Notes: a model not told the origin generated them from the sequence alone. A stretch of DNA of 64,000 nt from Eledone cirrhosa (GCA_964016885.1 OZ024758.1:10230001-10294000); one strand, 5' to 3'. Shown: positions 1 through 14,925, counted from the stretch's first letter. Made by a program: numbers and translations.

Positions 1-117
1 CTTGCGCTGTGGATTTCCGAGAAACCTGTTATAATAGGTTTTAAGAACAAAGTTAGTTTTGTGTGAAAGGTAAAGGTAAAGAAAACACAAAAGTAACTAA
101 ATTTTCTGATGGTTAGT

Positions 118-150
<33 letters not shown>

Positions 151-3100
151 CTGGAAAGGTGAGTTTATGAATATGCTTATTTAATTCAAAAAGGGAAAAA
201 TACAAACAAGAAAAATATTTTTGCTATTGTGCTTGGCCTATGAAGATGAGTTTCTTTGATTTATTAAGTTAACATCTGTAATTCCTTTCTCTTGGGTTTA
301 TTTATATTTTATTTTCCAGCATTAGCCTAGTTATAAGCTACATCCAAGGATGTTAAATTAGAAATTTTTTTTTTAGTTGGATTTCATAATTTTTTTATTT
401 ATAGTTATAGTAATATCCCCCCCCCCCCCCCCCCAATCCCCATAATTATTTTTTTTTCGTATTGAAATGCCCCCATCCCCCCACCCCCTCGTGAAATTGT
501 TTAACCCCAAGTCAATTCTGATGGGAGCAGACATATTAAAAGTATTCAGCCATGGCTATCTTTTGGTGTGTCCCTTTCTTTCCTAAGATGGTTGGTTAGT
601 AAGTTGTGTTATTTGGGGGAGGTTTGGCTGCTATTTTTAGTAGGACGAGCGACCATTTTTTAAACTGCAAAATTAACAAATATCTTCAGTACACTTAACT
701 ATGTTTTGGGTAAAGTTAATTTTACAGGCCAAGCTACAATTCAACTTTGCTTGTTCGAGGAAATATTTTTTCTCCTGATATACCCCTGCCTTAAAATGAT
801 TATATTCACTGGCAGTACTACCATGTTGTGAGAATGGATTTCAAGTGCCTGTAAAGAAACTTTATTTTTATTTTAACTTTTTTTTTTAGTAGTAGCTATT
901 GCAGTATTACTAAACCACTGCTTCTTTTTAATCTTGGTTCCTTTAGTAATCCCAGTTTCTTAAATCATAGCCCCTTGAATTATTAAAACACAGTTGTATC
1001 ACAGTGAACAAGTGTTTCATGTAGGTTCTCGATTTAAAGACCTAGATATCAAAGCTAGTTTATTTAACCTAGATTCCTCTGAGACTTGTTTTTTAAAAGA
1101 CAAGGTTGGTCTCAACAGTTGACATCCAGGTTTGCAGGAAACTGTTAATTATTGAATAGCTTTGTGGTATTAAAAAGGCTATTTTTCTTGATCATTACTA
1201 ACAACTATAATACAGTATTGTAAAACTGAAGCTTATGAATATTAATAGCACATTGTAAACCATTGTTTATATAAAAGCATTTGTATATAGTTTGGTGAAT
1301 TGAAAACGAAAAAAAAAAACTTTTTTTTTTTTTTTTTAGTTTAAGTGAAGCTGAATATTATATATGTATATAAAAGTTAGCTTTATTTTATGACTGCCAT
1401 CTAAAGACATTAAAAAAAAAAATGAAAAAAAAAATAAAAATAAAACAAAAATAAAAAAAAAATTAATTTGGTGTGGGTGATGTATAATTGGAAAAGTGGG
1501 TTGGGTGAGAATGGAGGAAATAATTTTCTTTTTTTTTTTCTGTTAAATAAGAAAACCCTTTAGAAAAGTGTTGAGCTAAAGGTGAAATTATTTTCACTTG
1601 TGTTATCCAGCTAAGTTTAAATATATATGTATATATTAAAATGTTTTCATTTGTACATATTTTCGGATGTTTCTTTAAATCTGATATTTGGGTAACAGAG
1701 TGAATCTAAGTAAATCTTGAAGTTATTTTGCAGAGATATTGTTCTATTGTCCATACATATTCTAACAGAAATGTTTATTTATTCAGCTCCTAACATGTTA
1801 TCAAGCAAATTCAATTTCCTCAATGGAGGAAGCTATCTACCTATCTTTCTTTTCTTTCTCTCTCATATTATATATATATATATACTGTATATATGTTTAT
1901 ATATATATACTGTGTTTATATATATATATACACTGTATATGTGTTTATATATATGTATACTGTTTATATATATACACAGTGTTTATATATATATATGTGT
2001 ATACTGTTTATATATATAAATATATATAAATAAATAATGCTTCTCAAATGCAATGGAATGCTTGGATGATGATTGACATTTCTTTAACAAGTTAGGGAGG
2101 ATTACCTTGATTGCTATTTTGTTTCTAATCTCTCAGCATTTCTATAGATTTTCCTAAAGGAACATCAAGCTGCATTGAAAAATAATTAAGAAAAACAATT
2201 TTAGTAGGCTCATGGATTTAACCCATTTTCTATATTTATATAAAAAAACAAAACATTTGTAAATGTTAGGTTAATAGCTTTAAAAATAAGAAACTTTATC
2301 TGTATGTGGTTGTGTATTCAAAATGGAAGCTGTGCCTATTGGTTGTTAACATATATTCTTCCACTGTTGCTATCTATATTACCACCACAGTTACTACTAA
2401 TGCTTCTGTAATAACAATGCAGAACCAACTAAGATCATTTGGTGTATGTGTATGTATATATGTATATATAAATTGCTTTGCTGGAATTATTTGTAGAAGG
2501 AGAAAAAAAAAAAAAAATTAAGCATTTATATTCAGCCTGAGCCATTCTGTAAAAGCCTAGCAGCACCAAATTATAGTTTTATTCAATGTCTTTCTCTGGT
2601 AGATATTTAGACGATCATTGTTTAAATCAAAAGCAATTTCCTCTTGGATTCATAGCTTTTCTTATTTTCTGAGCATGTATGCATACACATGCACCCATGA
2701 AGTAGCAGTTTACAATTTCTGTTAGCGTGTTGATTTTTACTTTTTTATATATTGCTTTTCATTTTGTTTCTATTTATTTACTTTTATATGTTGCCAATGT
2801 TCTTACATTTTAGGGGTGTGACAATCACCCCCTCCCTCATTTTAAGTATTTTTTAAAAATTTGTTTTGATATTTGCTTAATGTTAGGTTGTAGAGCCAGT
2901 AAAAAACATATACATGTTAGAAATTACTATTTAAAAAAATACCAAAACATTTCCATACCATGTATTAGCTTTTTGTTTTTAATTCCAGTGGGAGCTTTTT
3001 GCAATATTTAGCTCTCCTCTCCTCCCCTTCAAAATAGCAATTGTTATTGAATTGTGTTCTTGGACAATGGCACTTTGCTATATTTTGCCTAAGGCATATG

Positions 3101-6100
3101 AAATCGTTATTCATTTTGTAGATAATTAAAAGCAAGTTAATTAGATTTGCAGAAGAGATATTTCTTAAAGGAAAAGGCTATTTGTTTGGTTTATGCAAAA
3201 GAAAACATTATTAGGAAACATATTCTCATTATTTCACCACATCTAAGTTGAAGCGCTAAAAAGTTTCATGCTTAAGACAATGTGCTCATAGATTTAAAAA
3301 TGTAAATGTTTACAATTGGGCGTTTGACTATTGTTAGTAGGGCAGCTGACTTGATATCCTTTGCATGTGTCTGCAAATAATTTACCATTTACATAACATG
3401 GAATTGGCCTCATAAGATGGAGAATGGATGACGCTACGTTCTGATCATAGCTGATGGTACTCCAGTTGGTCAGCAAAACTTTTTTTTCCCTTTTTTTGGG
3501 GGGGGGTCTTTCATTTGAAGTGCTTAGTATCCTTGTTTTTCAATGGTGCGTGTGTGTGTATGTACGTAGGTATATATGTATATATACACACATACATTTC
3601 ATTTTGAGTCCTAATCTTCTATCCTCGCTTACTTATATATACTAGTATTTCTGTTTAAAATGCTTATGACTTTTAAAAAATCTATTTGACACCCTCTATA
3701 TTATAATGTGGAGAGTGTTTGGCAGTTTTTGCCAACTTTTTCCAGATTAGCTGTTTTGGAAATATAGGGTTAACCAGCAATGATGAACGCACAAGACATT
3801 ATTTTTTCCTTCTTCCTTTGTTAAGCTGGTCATTGCATTTATTTATTTTGATTATACTAAGCGATTGTTCTGATAGTTATTTAGTGCCGTTATTTTAAGT
3901 AATTATTTTCCTTATTTCTTAATGTCATTACAAGTATAAATCCTTCCACAAAATTGTAGTTACAAATGACATTTCAAGATATTAGGATCTGTGTAGTAAT
4001 ACTTCAGTTTTGAGGTTTCTTATTTTTGTTGAATTGACTTTTGGTTTTGTTATATCTTAATTGAAATTACATCATATTCTCTTTCCCCATCTAAACCTTT
4101 TTCTGTTGGTCTCTCCATCACACTGTCTTCCTTTGGTGCTGTATGAGGACTTTTGCAGTTATTGGTATAAGTCTAATTTAACTGCTGCTTCTATATTGGT
4201 CTTCCAGATCGTAACATCACGAATAGGCTGGTATGTTTCAAATTTTATTGTCCACCCACCAGTTAAAATTTTAAATTAGCATGTTGCAATACTTGGAAAA
4301 TTTTGGAAAATTTTGTGCTAGACAAGCTGACCAGGTTTTGTTGTTTGAAGATTGTAGTTTTGAAATCGTTAATTAAATTAGTTGACTTGTTTTCTTATTT
4401 GGCTGTGATTGTCCAATGTTTGAAAGGGCCAAACTGACATGATTTGTCATTGTAGTGAATTGCATATTTATATTAAGTTTTTAATGAGAAATTAGTTGTA
4501 GCTACTGATTTTATAGAAATGTAGTTGTTTATCATGATTTATTAATAATTCTGATTAGTTATAAAAAAATTTCCTAACTACATTTTTTTTTTCTTTTTTT
4601 TTTTTCTTTTAATGTAATTTAGAGACATGTAAAAAAAATGGAATAGTGTATTAAAAAAAAACGCATTGTGTAATTAGCAGTACATACTGCTATGGGGATA
4701 AATGAAAGGAATGGGCTTTGGACATACAATGTCTTATCTAAAATACTTTTGTTAACATGTATTCAGTAATAAGGTGTTATTTAGCTATATTTTAACATGG
4801 TGGGTGGAGGTATTGCAAGTTTGTTGCCAAATGAATGCCATTTACACATGCCATAATACACATAAGCTAAATAAAAGCTTTTAAATTTGGTATATTTATT
4901 AGATCTGATCTATTAATATATCTGCAGACCAATATGACAATTCTTTATTTTCCTTATATTTCACAAAGCAATGCAAAATTAATCTTTTTCCCCCCTACCC
5001 CGTGTTTTTTTAAATTTTATTTTGTGTCATGGTTACTTAATGTATATGATACACAAAAGCTTGATAATTGTTTTGAGTTTTACCTCTTGAAAAGCTTTTT
5101 TTTTTATATTCCTCTCCTGACCACAAACCACTTTAAGTACTAATATTTATTTTGTGTTTAAAAAAAACCAACTATCTACACACCCTCATTGCTTAAATTT
5201 TGTAAATTATGATAAAAAATGTTAACCTGCGGCCAGCAAAAAAAAACTTAGCAATGATGGTAGAGCAATAGCTAAATGTATTTCCATTGTAATTTCTCTT
5301 TGAACTACCAGTGATTGGCAGGATCCTTAAAAAAAAATTTAAAAAAAAGAAATTCTATATTATTGGAGATGGACATTAAAATATATTTACTAAAGAATTG
5401 TGTTGTACTTCCCACATTTTCTTGCATATTGCTAATCACCCGTGTAGATTATCTGATTATTCGTCTGATGCTGGCTTGTTAGACAGAAACCATTCCTGCA
5501 TTCAACAGTGGCCAATTACCTTTTCCTCCAACATCAGTGGTGGCATGGCATATGGAGTGGTTAACAAACTCTTGGAAGAAATAAAACAAAAGAAGTATTT
5601 CAGCTGTCAAAGCAATTGTACTAGTTTTACTTTTCTTAAGGATAAAATAATTGATCACTAAAAGTTCTAACCCCAGAAAAGGAAAAGTAAAAAAAATACA
5701 ATTTCTGTGCCTGTGTACAAGTGTTATTTGAAAGTGAAGCATTCTCCTGGTGCGGAAAGACTTTGAAATGAATCATTTGCATATTTCAATTTTTTCTTCT
5801 TTCTTAAATCTGATTTCAATCTCCCTTCTTCAAATTTTTATTTCCTTTCAAGTTTTTTTTTTATTTTTTTTTTATTTAAATTTTTATTTTCATTTTATTA
5901 AACTAAAATATTTTGGGAAATTTAATAGTGGGTTTGTCAAAAAATCTATACTGTACATTATCTCTGTGACGTTTACTGCTTGTGCTGTAAACATTTCTGT
6001 AAAAACTTCGTTGGAGGAAGAAGCAAGAATGAAAATAAATGCCTGTCACATACTGAAATTGTTTTTGCTTGTCGATACCTCCAGTCTGAGGTGATATAAA

Positions 6101-6120
6101 ATGTGTATTATAATGTTATA
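1..6120 (+). other. Putative terminal exon / long 3' UTR of an upstream + strand gene
   Basis: About 6 kb that is T-rich, nearly TE-free and CpG-poor by eye. Possible CDS end at 3-44 (CAVDFRETCYNRF*). AATAAA near 6034 followed by GT-rich sequence. Gene not identified. Confidence 0.35.
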
Positions 6121-7786
6121 AAATATTTTCTAAACTGTTTACAATACAGGCTAGGTTTAAAAGATTTACTCATTAGTAGTGCTAGTTGAAAGTCTGCCTC
6201 AATCCATTAAGCCAGTACTTAATGCCAGTTTCCTTAGAGTTAAGTGACTGAGAGTACAAGATTTCCCCGTGAACTGGATGCCAGTCCATCACAGCTACTG
6301 ATGGTACTCGTTTTCAGCTGAGTATACTGGAGCAACGTGAAATGAAGTGTTTTACTCAAGAACACAACCCTGTCCAGGAATTAAACCCATGATATAAGTC
6401 TAATACCCTAACCACTAGGTCGTGATAAAAAGCCAGGTCAGGGAGGGCATCCAACAATAACTATGCTATGTGAACATGGAAAAAGGTCTTTTTCCCTGTT
6501 TCCCTCATCTGCTAGTTAACTGTCTAACTTATTTAAAACACATACCATCAAATTATATCTTAAGAATTTAGCCACATATTGCTTAGGAAGTAAATTGTAT
6601 GAGGTTTCCATTTAATATATTAAACAAAACTGCATGCTTTTGTTCATGAAATAGTTTTGTAATATTAGTTTTTGTGTCATTAATGAACACTCCTTTTATT
6701 TGACGGTGGACCCACATTCATCTCCACTATTGTCAATTTCATGTAAAATTAATTTCACCTCTCTTCTCTTCTTTTTAAGTCATCACTCTTTTGAAAATAA
6801 ACTTCATTTTGTTTTTTCTAAAATATGCAGCTTGCTGCATCTGCATAAACACCACACCACCAATGTTGTTTAAGGAAAAACCAAAGTCTGATATAGCTTG
6901 GCACCAGTGATGTAACACATTTCTACAGCTGAGTAAACTGGAGCAACATGAAATAAAACTCAGACAATGCAACACCTAGTGTGCTTAAATGAATTATATT
7001 CAGTGGACTGTTTCTTCCATACATGATCTGCATAAAAACCATGCTTTGAAGACGATAGTCAAACTTGAGCTTTGTTAGCCATTATACTTGCCTTTTAGGT
7101 AGTATACAAATTAACTAATGGTATTAATTAAAATTTAATGGTTCAATTGTCTGTTATTACATATTTTATATCCATGTTGTAAAAGTCAGCAAAAGTTCAA
7201 TAAGTACAGGCATGGCTGTGTTTTTAAGTTGGTTTGCAACTGAGGTTTCAGGATCAATCTTACTGATACTCCTTGGGGAAAATTGTATTCTATAGTGACC
7301 AATGCTTTAAGAAAGCATCTGTAGAAGCTTGTCATTCAATGCATATATATCTTGTGTAAATTTCATTCTTACAGCTATACTAAGACAATCCCTCTCTTCC
7401 TGTGAAGTTAAAATTAGAAGAAATCAGATTTAAACTTTAACCCAGCGTTATATTATATTGCTCAGAACTTCTCAGTAAATCCTTGTATTTGCAACAAATG
7501 TAATATGCAGACGTGTTTATATAATACTGGTTTCTAATATAATTGTTTCTACTTTTACCGCAAGGCCAGCAATTACCCAGTACATTACTGTACTTTATTT
7601 TATCGACACCGTAAGAATGAAAGGCAAAGTTAACCTCGGCGGGATTTGAACTCGGATCATAAAGGGACACCATATAGTTAGGATTTCAAAGGTCTTCAAT
7701 CTGTCTTTTGAACTTACTCTCTCTTCCACTTCAATCCACCCACACCCATTGTCACATGTTTAAACTCCTCCCCCCCCCCCCCCACC

Positions 7787-7820
<34 letters not shown>

Positions 7821-9009
7821 AGCTTTTAATATATTGCAAGCTTTGTGTGTGTTTATATAACTTTTACAAATCAGATTATATATACATATATAGAATATTT
7901 TCGTAAAAGTACTCTTTCATAGGTATATAATTCTCTGATTTATAATTTTAGTTATCTTTCATTGAGGTTTCCTGTATATCGGTGACAAATAACCTTCATT
8001 TCACATAATCAAGATTATGGCCAGTTTAAGTGCTTGGACAATGGGTGTCAACAGATGTAATGGTTTATTTACAAAACAAGGATTGTTTTGTAAGCAAGCT
8101 ACTGATGAAAGGCACTCTACTAGCATGATTAAAAAGAATATGCTAACACCAGTCTATTTTTCAAAAGACAGGAAAATTACTTCCATAATGCCAGTTTATC
8201 AGGAAGTGTTGACAAATCCCAATAAAAAGCAAAATGGCTTCATTGGTAAGTGAAGCCTTTTGATTAAAATGTCAGTATTTAAATTAAAACCTTCCATCAA
8301 AGTGTGATATATTCTCGAACAGTTTGTAATTCATTTGGCATCTGCTGTGGTAAAGTGGTTTGACTGTAGACAAATAGGAGCTAACTTTTATAAATAATTG
8401 TTTCTACTTTTGGCACAAGGCCAGCAAATTACCCAGTGCATTACTGGTACTTTATTTTAACCCTGTAAGGATGAAAAGCAAAGCTAACTTTTATAAATAA
8501 TGTGTGGTATTATTAGTGATATATAGATATATATCTCCATATTACTAAAAGTCTGTAATGTAATATAGCCAAAAGGGGGCACATATTGAGAAAATACTTT
8601 GAAAGGAAGTTGCCCCTGAAATGGGAATAGAAAGGTTTTGCGTAAATCATAACACGGATTCCCGAGTACCTTCAAAAACAGAGACAGATAGTTGTGAGAG
8701 AGTAGATTCATAGAGAAAATGGAAAAGAGAGAGCTGGTGGTGGTGTATGTCTATGACCAGTGCATATAGATCAGAGACACCCAAATATATATATGTATAC
8801 ACATATATATCATCATCATCGTTTAACGTCCATTTTCCACGCTAGCATGGGTCTGGATATTATATATATGGGCCTTCCAATTTCATTTCCCATCTACATG
8901 TCTATATTTATTTTGGAGCGAGCGAGACCCAACAGGTCACAGATGGTCTAGTATATATATATGTATATACATACATGTATGTGTATATATATGTACATAC
9001 ATATATATA

Positions 9010-9150
9010 CATCATCGTTTAAGCTCTATCTTCCACACTAGCATGGGTTTAGACGGGAATTGTCCCACTTGAGGCAAGATTGGTCATCTTGCTCGTATAG
9101 GACTGTCTGGCAGGTTTTCTACAGCTGGATGCCCTTCCTAACACCAACCA
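9010..9150. mobile_element. Interspersed repeat end (catcatcgtttaa...ctagcatggg...ggatgcccttccta)
   Basis: A second start of the same repeat is at 8811-8852. Confidence 0.5.
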
Positions 9151-11189
9151 CGTTTACAGTGTGGACTGTGAGGTTTTTACCATGTTACCTACACAGCCAC
9201 ATTACAGCGTGGACTTTTTTTTTTGTCGTGACACATGACCTCATTTATTTTGGACTGGTTGTTGTGGTACCAACATAACTTTTCAGAGAAAGATTTCCCC
9301 CATATTTCACATGAATAAGGTTTTTCTTCTGTGTGTGTTGTTTTACAGCGTGAACTGGGTGTTTTTTTTTTGTCGTGACACCTACACAACCTCTTTAGTT
9401 TGGACGGATATTGTGGTACAAACAACTTTACAGAGTAAGAGTGGTGTTGGTGGGAGTGGGATAATGGAGTAGGGCTAGTGGGTTGGGTTAAGGGGTGCCT
9501 ACTGAGTGTAGGTTAGCTTTGACCATAGGGAAGGTATATATACACACACACACAGTATATTACTTGTTTGTTTAACTAGAGAAAAAATCGTATTTATCAA
9601 GAAAACTTCATGAACTTCACTGGCTGGGTTGAGTGAGAGACTAAGAGAGTAAGAGTCACTGAGACCAAAGGGGTCTGTGGAAAGCAATAGCTTACATGTT
9701 TACTTTATCAAGAAATGCTCCGAACTGGCTGGCCTGATCTAAGGCAGGCTATTTATCTAAGTCACTTCCTCTGTTTCCAGAGGAAGTGACAGAACAAAGG
9801 GCCTTTTGAGGTCGCCCAATCTCAGACCAGTTGATGCCCAAATGAAGATAACCCAGAAAATGACCATTAAATGTCACCCAGGAGTGAACATGTGGACAGA
9901 TTTTGCTACACACACATATATATATAGGGCATACATATATATTAATAAAAGGAATTCCAACTTTGTCTGATTTACTCATTTTATTTACAATCCTTTAAAA
10001 TTTATAATGGTATTAGAATGAAATAGTATGGTAGAATATTAAATGTAAAGTGTTAATTGAACAAGTACTTTCATACTTTCGCAATCTTCAGGTTCATAAT
10101 GTGTGGTGACAGTCAAGTATGCAATTTTCAACTGACAGTTAACTATGGAGCGCTTGCCAGCATTATTTCTGATTTTTGCGTTTCGTTTCGCCTTTTCTAC
10201 CCGCTGAAATGCGATTCTCGCTAAATCTATATTTATATATGCATATATATATAGTACACAAAAGATGTAATGGGATAATGAATAATCTGACAGGAAGGGA
10301 GAACTTTGCATGTAGACGAGGCACAGCAGAAATTGAGAGGAAGAGTGATAATGTTTTAAACCGTTTCCACAGACAGGAAGGATTTATTAGGTCAGGTGGA
10401 TTAGCTAGAACAATTCTACTCTTCTCTTTTAGATGCCATGATCTTCCATGGCATTCCTGGGATCATTAATCTGCAGCTGGACATCTGATATATGTAGGTC
10501 AATCTCGGTCATCCCACTAGGGTCTTATGTTTAGGCATCCACAAGAGTAGCCAGCTCGTCAGGTCATCCTTGCTTCAGTAGCAGTGTCTAATAATTTTGA
10601 AAACCATACACGGGAGTATCCCTGTGAGAGAATTAAAGGGTCAATAATGGGTTTTAAAACACGAAAATATTTGGGAATATTAAATTTTAATTTTCTAGTG
10701 TATTGTATGCTTTTCAAAATTATTTAATTTGTGTTTCCTATTCAACCATGCTTCTAGCAAACTACAACACTCTGTTCTGAAATAGCGATGTATGCATAGT
10801 ATATTTGGCAATATACCGTATGTTAAAAACATTTTGAAGACTTTACACTATCATTTTTAATGTCACTTACTTCTTTTCGGCGAAAGAAGGCAGAGAAACT
10901 ACCAGTCTGTTTCATGCCGTTGGGAATCATCAGAGCTACGTACTGCCCTAATCCACTGAAAATTATAGAAGTTGGATTCTTATAGAGTTCCAGTAATAAT
11001 CAGGAGCTGATTATACAGAGCGATTGCCGGTCCAGCAAAAATTAAGTATTAAGATTGGTGCTCTGAAATAGCGATGTATACATGAATGTAAGCATAGTAT
11101 ATTTTGCAATATACCATATGTTTAATTAAAAACATTTTGAAGACTTTACGCTATCATTTTTAAAGTAGTGACTATGTCACTTACTTCTT

Positions 11190-11500
11190 ATGAGTAACCT
11201 CCGTAACCTTGACCTTTTCAGGAGTTACCTCCCTTACTTTGACTTTTTCTCTTGTCTTCAATTATCTCCCTTATTATAAGTTACCTCCCTAACCTTGACT
11301 TTTTCATGAGTTACTTCCCTTACCTTGACTTTCCCCTGGTCTTCAAGTACCTCCTTTTTCATGAGTTACCTCCTATACCTTTACTTTTCCCTTGTCTTCA
11401 GTTATCCCTTTACTCATTAGTTAGTTCCCAGACGTTGACTTTTTCATGAGTTACCTCCCTTACCATGACATTTTTCTTTGTCTTCAATTATCTCCCCTTA
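11190..11500. repeat. Degenerate pyrimidine-rich tandem repeat
   Basis: Recurrent gagttacctcccttaccttgacttt(tt/cc) units. Confidence 0.8.
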
Positions 11501-11559
11501 GAGATACAGAGCTGGATCACTATTCCGTTCACGTCTCACGCGTGTAGTTTCGTACCACT

Positions 11560-11661
11560 ATATATATATTTGTGTGTGTGTGTATATATATACATACATA
11601 TATATATATAGACACACACATATATATATATATACATACATACATATATATAGACACACAC

Positions 11662-11699
<38 letters not shown>

Positions 11700-11701
11700 T
11701 C

Positions 11702-11732
<31 letters not shown>

Positions 11733-12001
11733 TATATTCATATATATATATGAATATATATATATATGTATACACACACAAATATATTATATATATGTAT
11801 ATGTATGTATATGTATATGTATGTATATATATATGTGTGTGTATATATATATATGTGTGTATATATATATACATATATACATACATATATATATATACAT
11901 ACATATATATATAGACATATACATATGTATATACATATATATATATTCACATATATATATATATATATACATACATACATATATATATACATACACATAT
12001 A

Positions 12002-12034
<33 letters not shown>

Positions 12035-12129
12035 GTGTGTATGTATATATATATATATATATATAGATAGATATACATATATATATTTATATATGTATGT
12101 GTATGTATATATATATATATGTATGTATG

Positions 12130-12189
<60 letters not shown>

Positions 12190-12200
12190 TATATGTGTAT
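11560..12200. repeat. Compound (TA)n/(TACA)n microsatellite
   Basis: Directly visible. Similar long tracts at 16890-17075, 55920-56185, 58540-58845 and 60710-62655. Confidence 0.95.
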
Positions 12201-12202
12201 GT

Positions 12203-12487
12203 CAAGTCTCTCTCGATTTAGCCCCATCCGACTTCTTTTTATTTCCAAACCTCAGAAAATCATTGAAAGTTACTCATTTTCCATCAATTGAATATGTAAA
12301 AAAAGCTGCTTTGACATAGTTTAAATCGCATGGACCCCAGTTTTACACAGATGGGCTTAAAGGCTGGTATCAACGCTTGCAGACGTGCATTGACCTAGGT
12401 GGAGCGTATGTTGAAAAATAAACATCATAACTTAAACTGTTCTTTCCAATTGTACTTTTTTCACGACCCTTTTGAAGCCCCCTTGTA
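12203..12487 (+). mobile_element. Mariner transposase C-terminal remnant with right end
   Basis: [20 protein letters not shown]...GWYQRLQTCIDLGGAYVEK* (YSPDLAPSD motif), with an internal stop. TIR-like end cttttgaagccccttgTA. Confidence 0.85.
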
Positions 12488-14549
12488 TCTCACAAAATAA
12501 ATTTTGGTACAGAGATATAAAATACTCCAAGAAAAACGATAGAATTATATTAGCAAGGAACAAGTGAGGAAAAGGGGAAATCCAAGGTAATGCAAGGCGT
12601 GAGTTCTACCGCAATGTTAGTGTGGACCTAGGATACGTTTAGAGATTAATAGAGACAAAATGAGATAGGAGCAGTAGGGACCCTATATGGCAGGGTTACT
12701 AACCATATAACTTGAGGAAAGTTCTCCTTTGCTAGAGTAATTATAATTAATGTCTTCCCTACTACAAACACACATAGACACTCACTTTCTTATCTAACTA
12801 CAAATCAACTTGCCTACCGACCGTCTTCGTACGTATGAATGTATGAACGTACACACATATATATACATACATACATACCTGTATACATACATTACCACTT
12901 ATAGGTAAGCAACGTTCCATGTTATTCAAGATTTAAGCTACAAAATGCAGGTAAGATTACATACAAATATTTCCACATAGTTACATATAATTTACCATAG
13001 ATACTTATAAAACTTAACCAAAGAAACATTTGGTGAAATCTCGCCACGCGTTATATTCTAACAAATTATATACACTCCGACACAAATTGCTACCTTAACA
13101 TTTTCGTTACCATAATTCTAATAATTTTAAATTAATTTTGAAAATAATCAAGAATTTCCGTTGATCGAAAAATTCATCGTTGAAAGCGACACAGGTCCAT
13201 TCCATTCAGGTGCTGCTTTGTACTTTTCAAGAATGTCTTGTTAATGTGGTTCCATGTGGTACAGGATGTACATAGTTAAAAACATTCTCTTGAAATATCT
13301 GTTTGTCTCTGTAAAGTTGACGCCCTTCAGTGGTAAGTGTTAGAAAAACTTGAAACTCAAGTAGGTTTTACTTACTGTATAATTGTTCAAGAAACAACAA
13401 GTTGCCTATCTTTTTATCTATCTGTGTTTGAAATCTTTACAAAATTTCAAGATTCACTAAAGAAAAACTACATATGTTTCACACTTATTCTTTTGAGTGG
13501 CGCAGCCACTAGAGAAAGACTGAGGCAATGTTCTTGAGGTATTGGAGAAGAAGGAGGAGGAAGACAGAAATAGAGAGAGGGAGAGAGGTATTTTATGGAT
13601 GTGATCCCTCACATAAGAGGTTAATTTAAGCAATGGAGGAAGAGGAGATATGTATGTAGACATATGCACACACACACACACACACACGTGTGTGTGTGAG
13701 TGTATAAATATATATTCCCACATTTAGATAAACATGAAATAGAAATCGTGTTATGGAAAGAATAGTTTTAAAAAGAAAGAATAAGAGCGTGATAGAGAGA
13801 GAGAGAGAGAGAGGCGCGAGATGGAGAGAGTGTTTGAGAGGGAAAGAAATAGATATGGTAGCAGAAGAGTAAGGAGTTTGAACGGGGGGGGGGGGGCAGA
13901 AAGAAGACGAAGAAAATATGAGAAAAGATATATTTTCGTTTAAGTGTCTAGAAGTATCTACATAAATATGAAAAAAAAAACCACAGAAAAATAAATGAAA
14001 GGGGGAGAGGGAACGAGATAAGATGGGAAATAAATGAACATAAACATAGATATTTAAGTGTATATACACATGCATAAACACATGCTCGCGTACATGTACA
14101 ACGTAGTTTAATCTAGTGTACGAGTATATGCAAAGCAAAAAGAAATAAGTAAAAAAATCTGCTTGAATATATATCATTTATATAGATGCAAATTAATTGT
14201 TTCTACTTTTGGCACAAGGCCAGCAATACCCAGTGCATTACTGGTACTTTATTTTATCGACCCCCCCCCCCACACACACATAATAATAATATAGACGAGG
14301 TGTCAAATTTTCATTACATTTATTGAGGTTGACTTTGCCTTTCATCCTTACGGGGTCGATAAAATAAAGTACCAGTAATGCACTGGGTAATTGCTGGCCT
14401 TGTGCCTAAAGTAGAAACAATTACATTTATTGAGGCGTAACGCGCGTTTCGCGAATGATCAGCTCAACATTAGATCTCTATCGATAGGACCCGACTCTGG
14501 AATCGAAAGCTCATCATATTTCTGTCATCGTAATGACGTAATGATTCCC

Positions 14550-14588
<39 letters not shown>

Positions 14589-14676
14589 CACAGCATCGAG
14601 TGCTCATACGGCCTACCACATACGGACGCTCTAAGCATCCAACATCAATTATATATATATAAAAACATATATATAT

Positions 14677-14758
<82 letters not shown>

Positions 14759-14862
14759 CCACATATATATATATGTGTGTGTGTGTATGTGTATTTCAGA
14801 GAATATCCAACTGATAAGGTTTGATTTTCATGGGCATGTCTCTATTTATAAAACAAACTTTG

Positions 14863-14925
14863 TATTTTATCTGAGGAAAGCGCACCAATGTGTTTTGGTA
14901 CCCTTGAAATATATATAATAAAATA
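14863..14925 (+). ncRNA. Minimal type I hammerhead ribozyme motif
   Basis: tattttat CTGAGGA aagcgc-accaa-tgtgtt-ttggt-accctt GAAA tatata TA ataaaata. Perfect 8-bp stem I, conserved core, palindromic stem III. Confidence 0.72.

Noticed and set aside
8017-8253. 78-aa non-repetitive ORF ending near a GGTAAGT donor-like site
   Set aside because: No recognisable motif and no partner exon. Length is compatible with chance.
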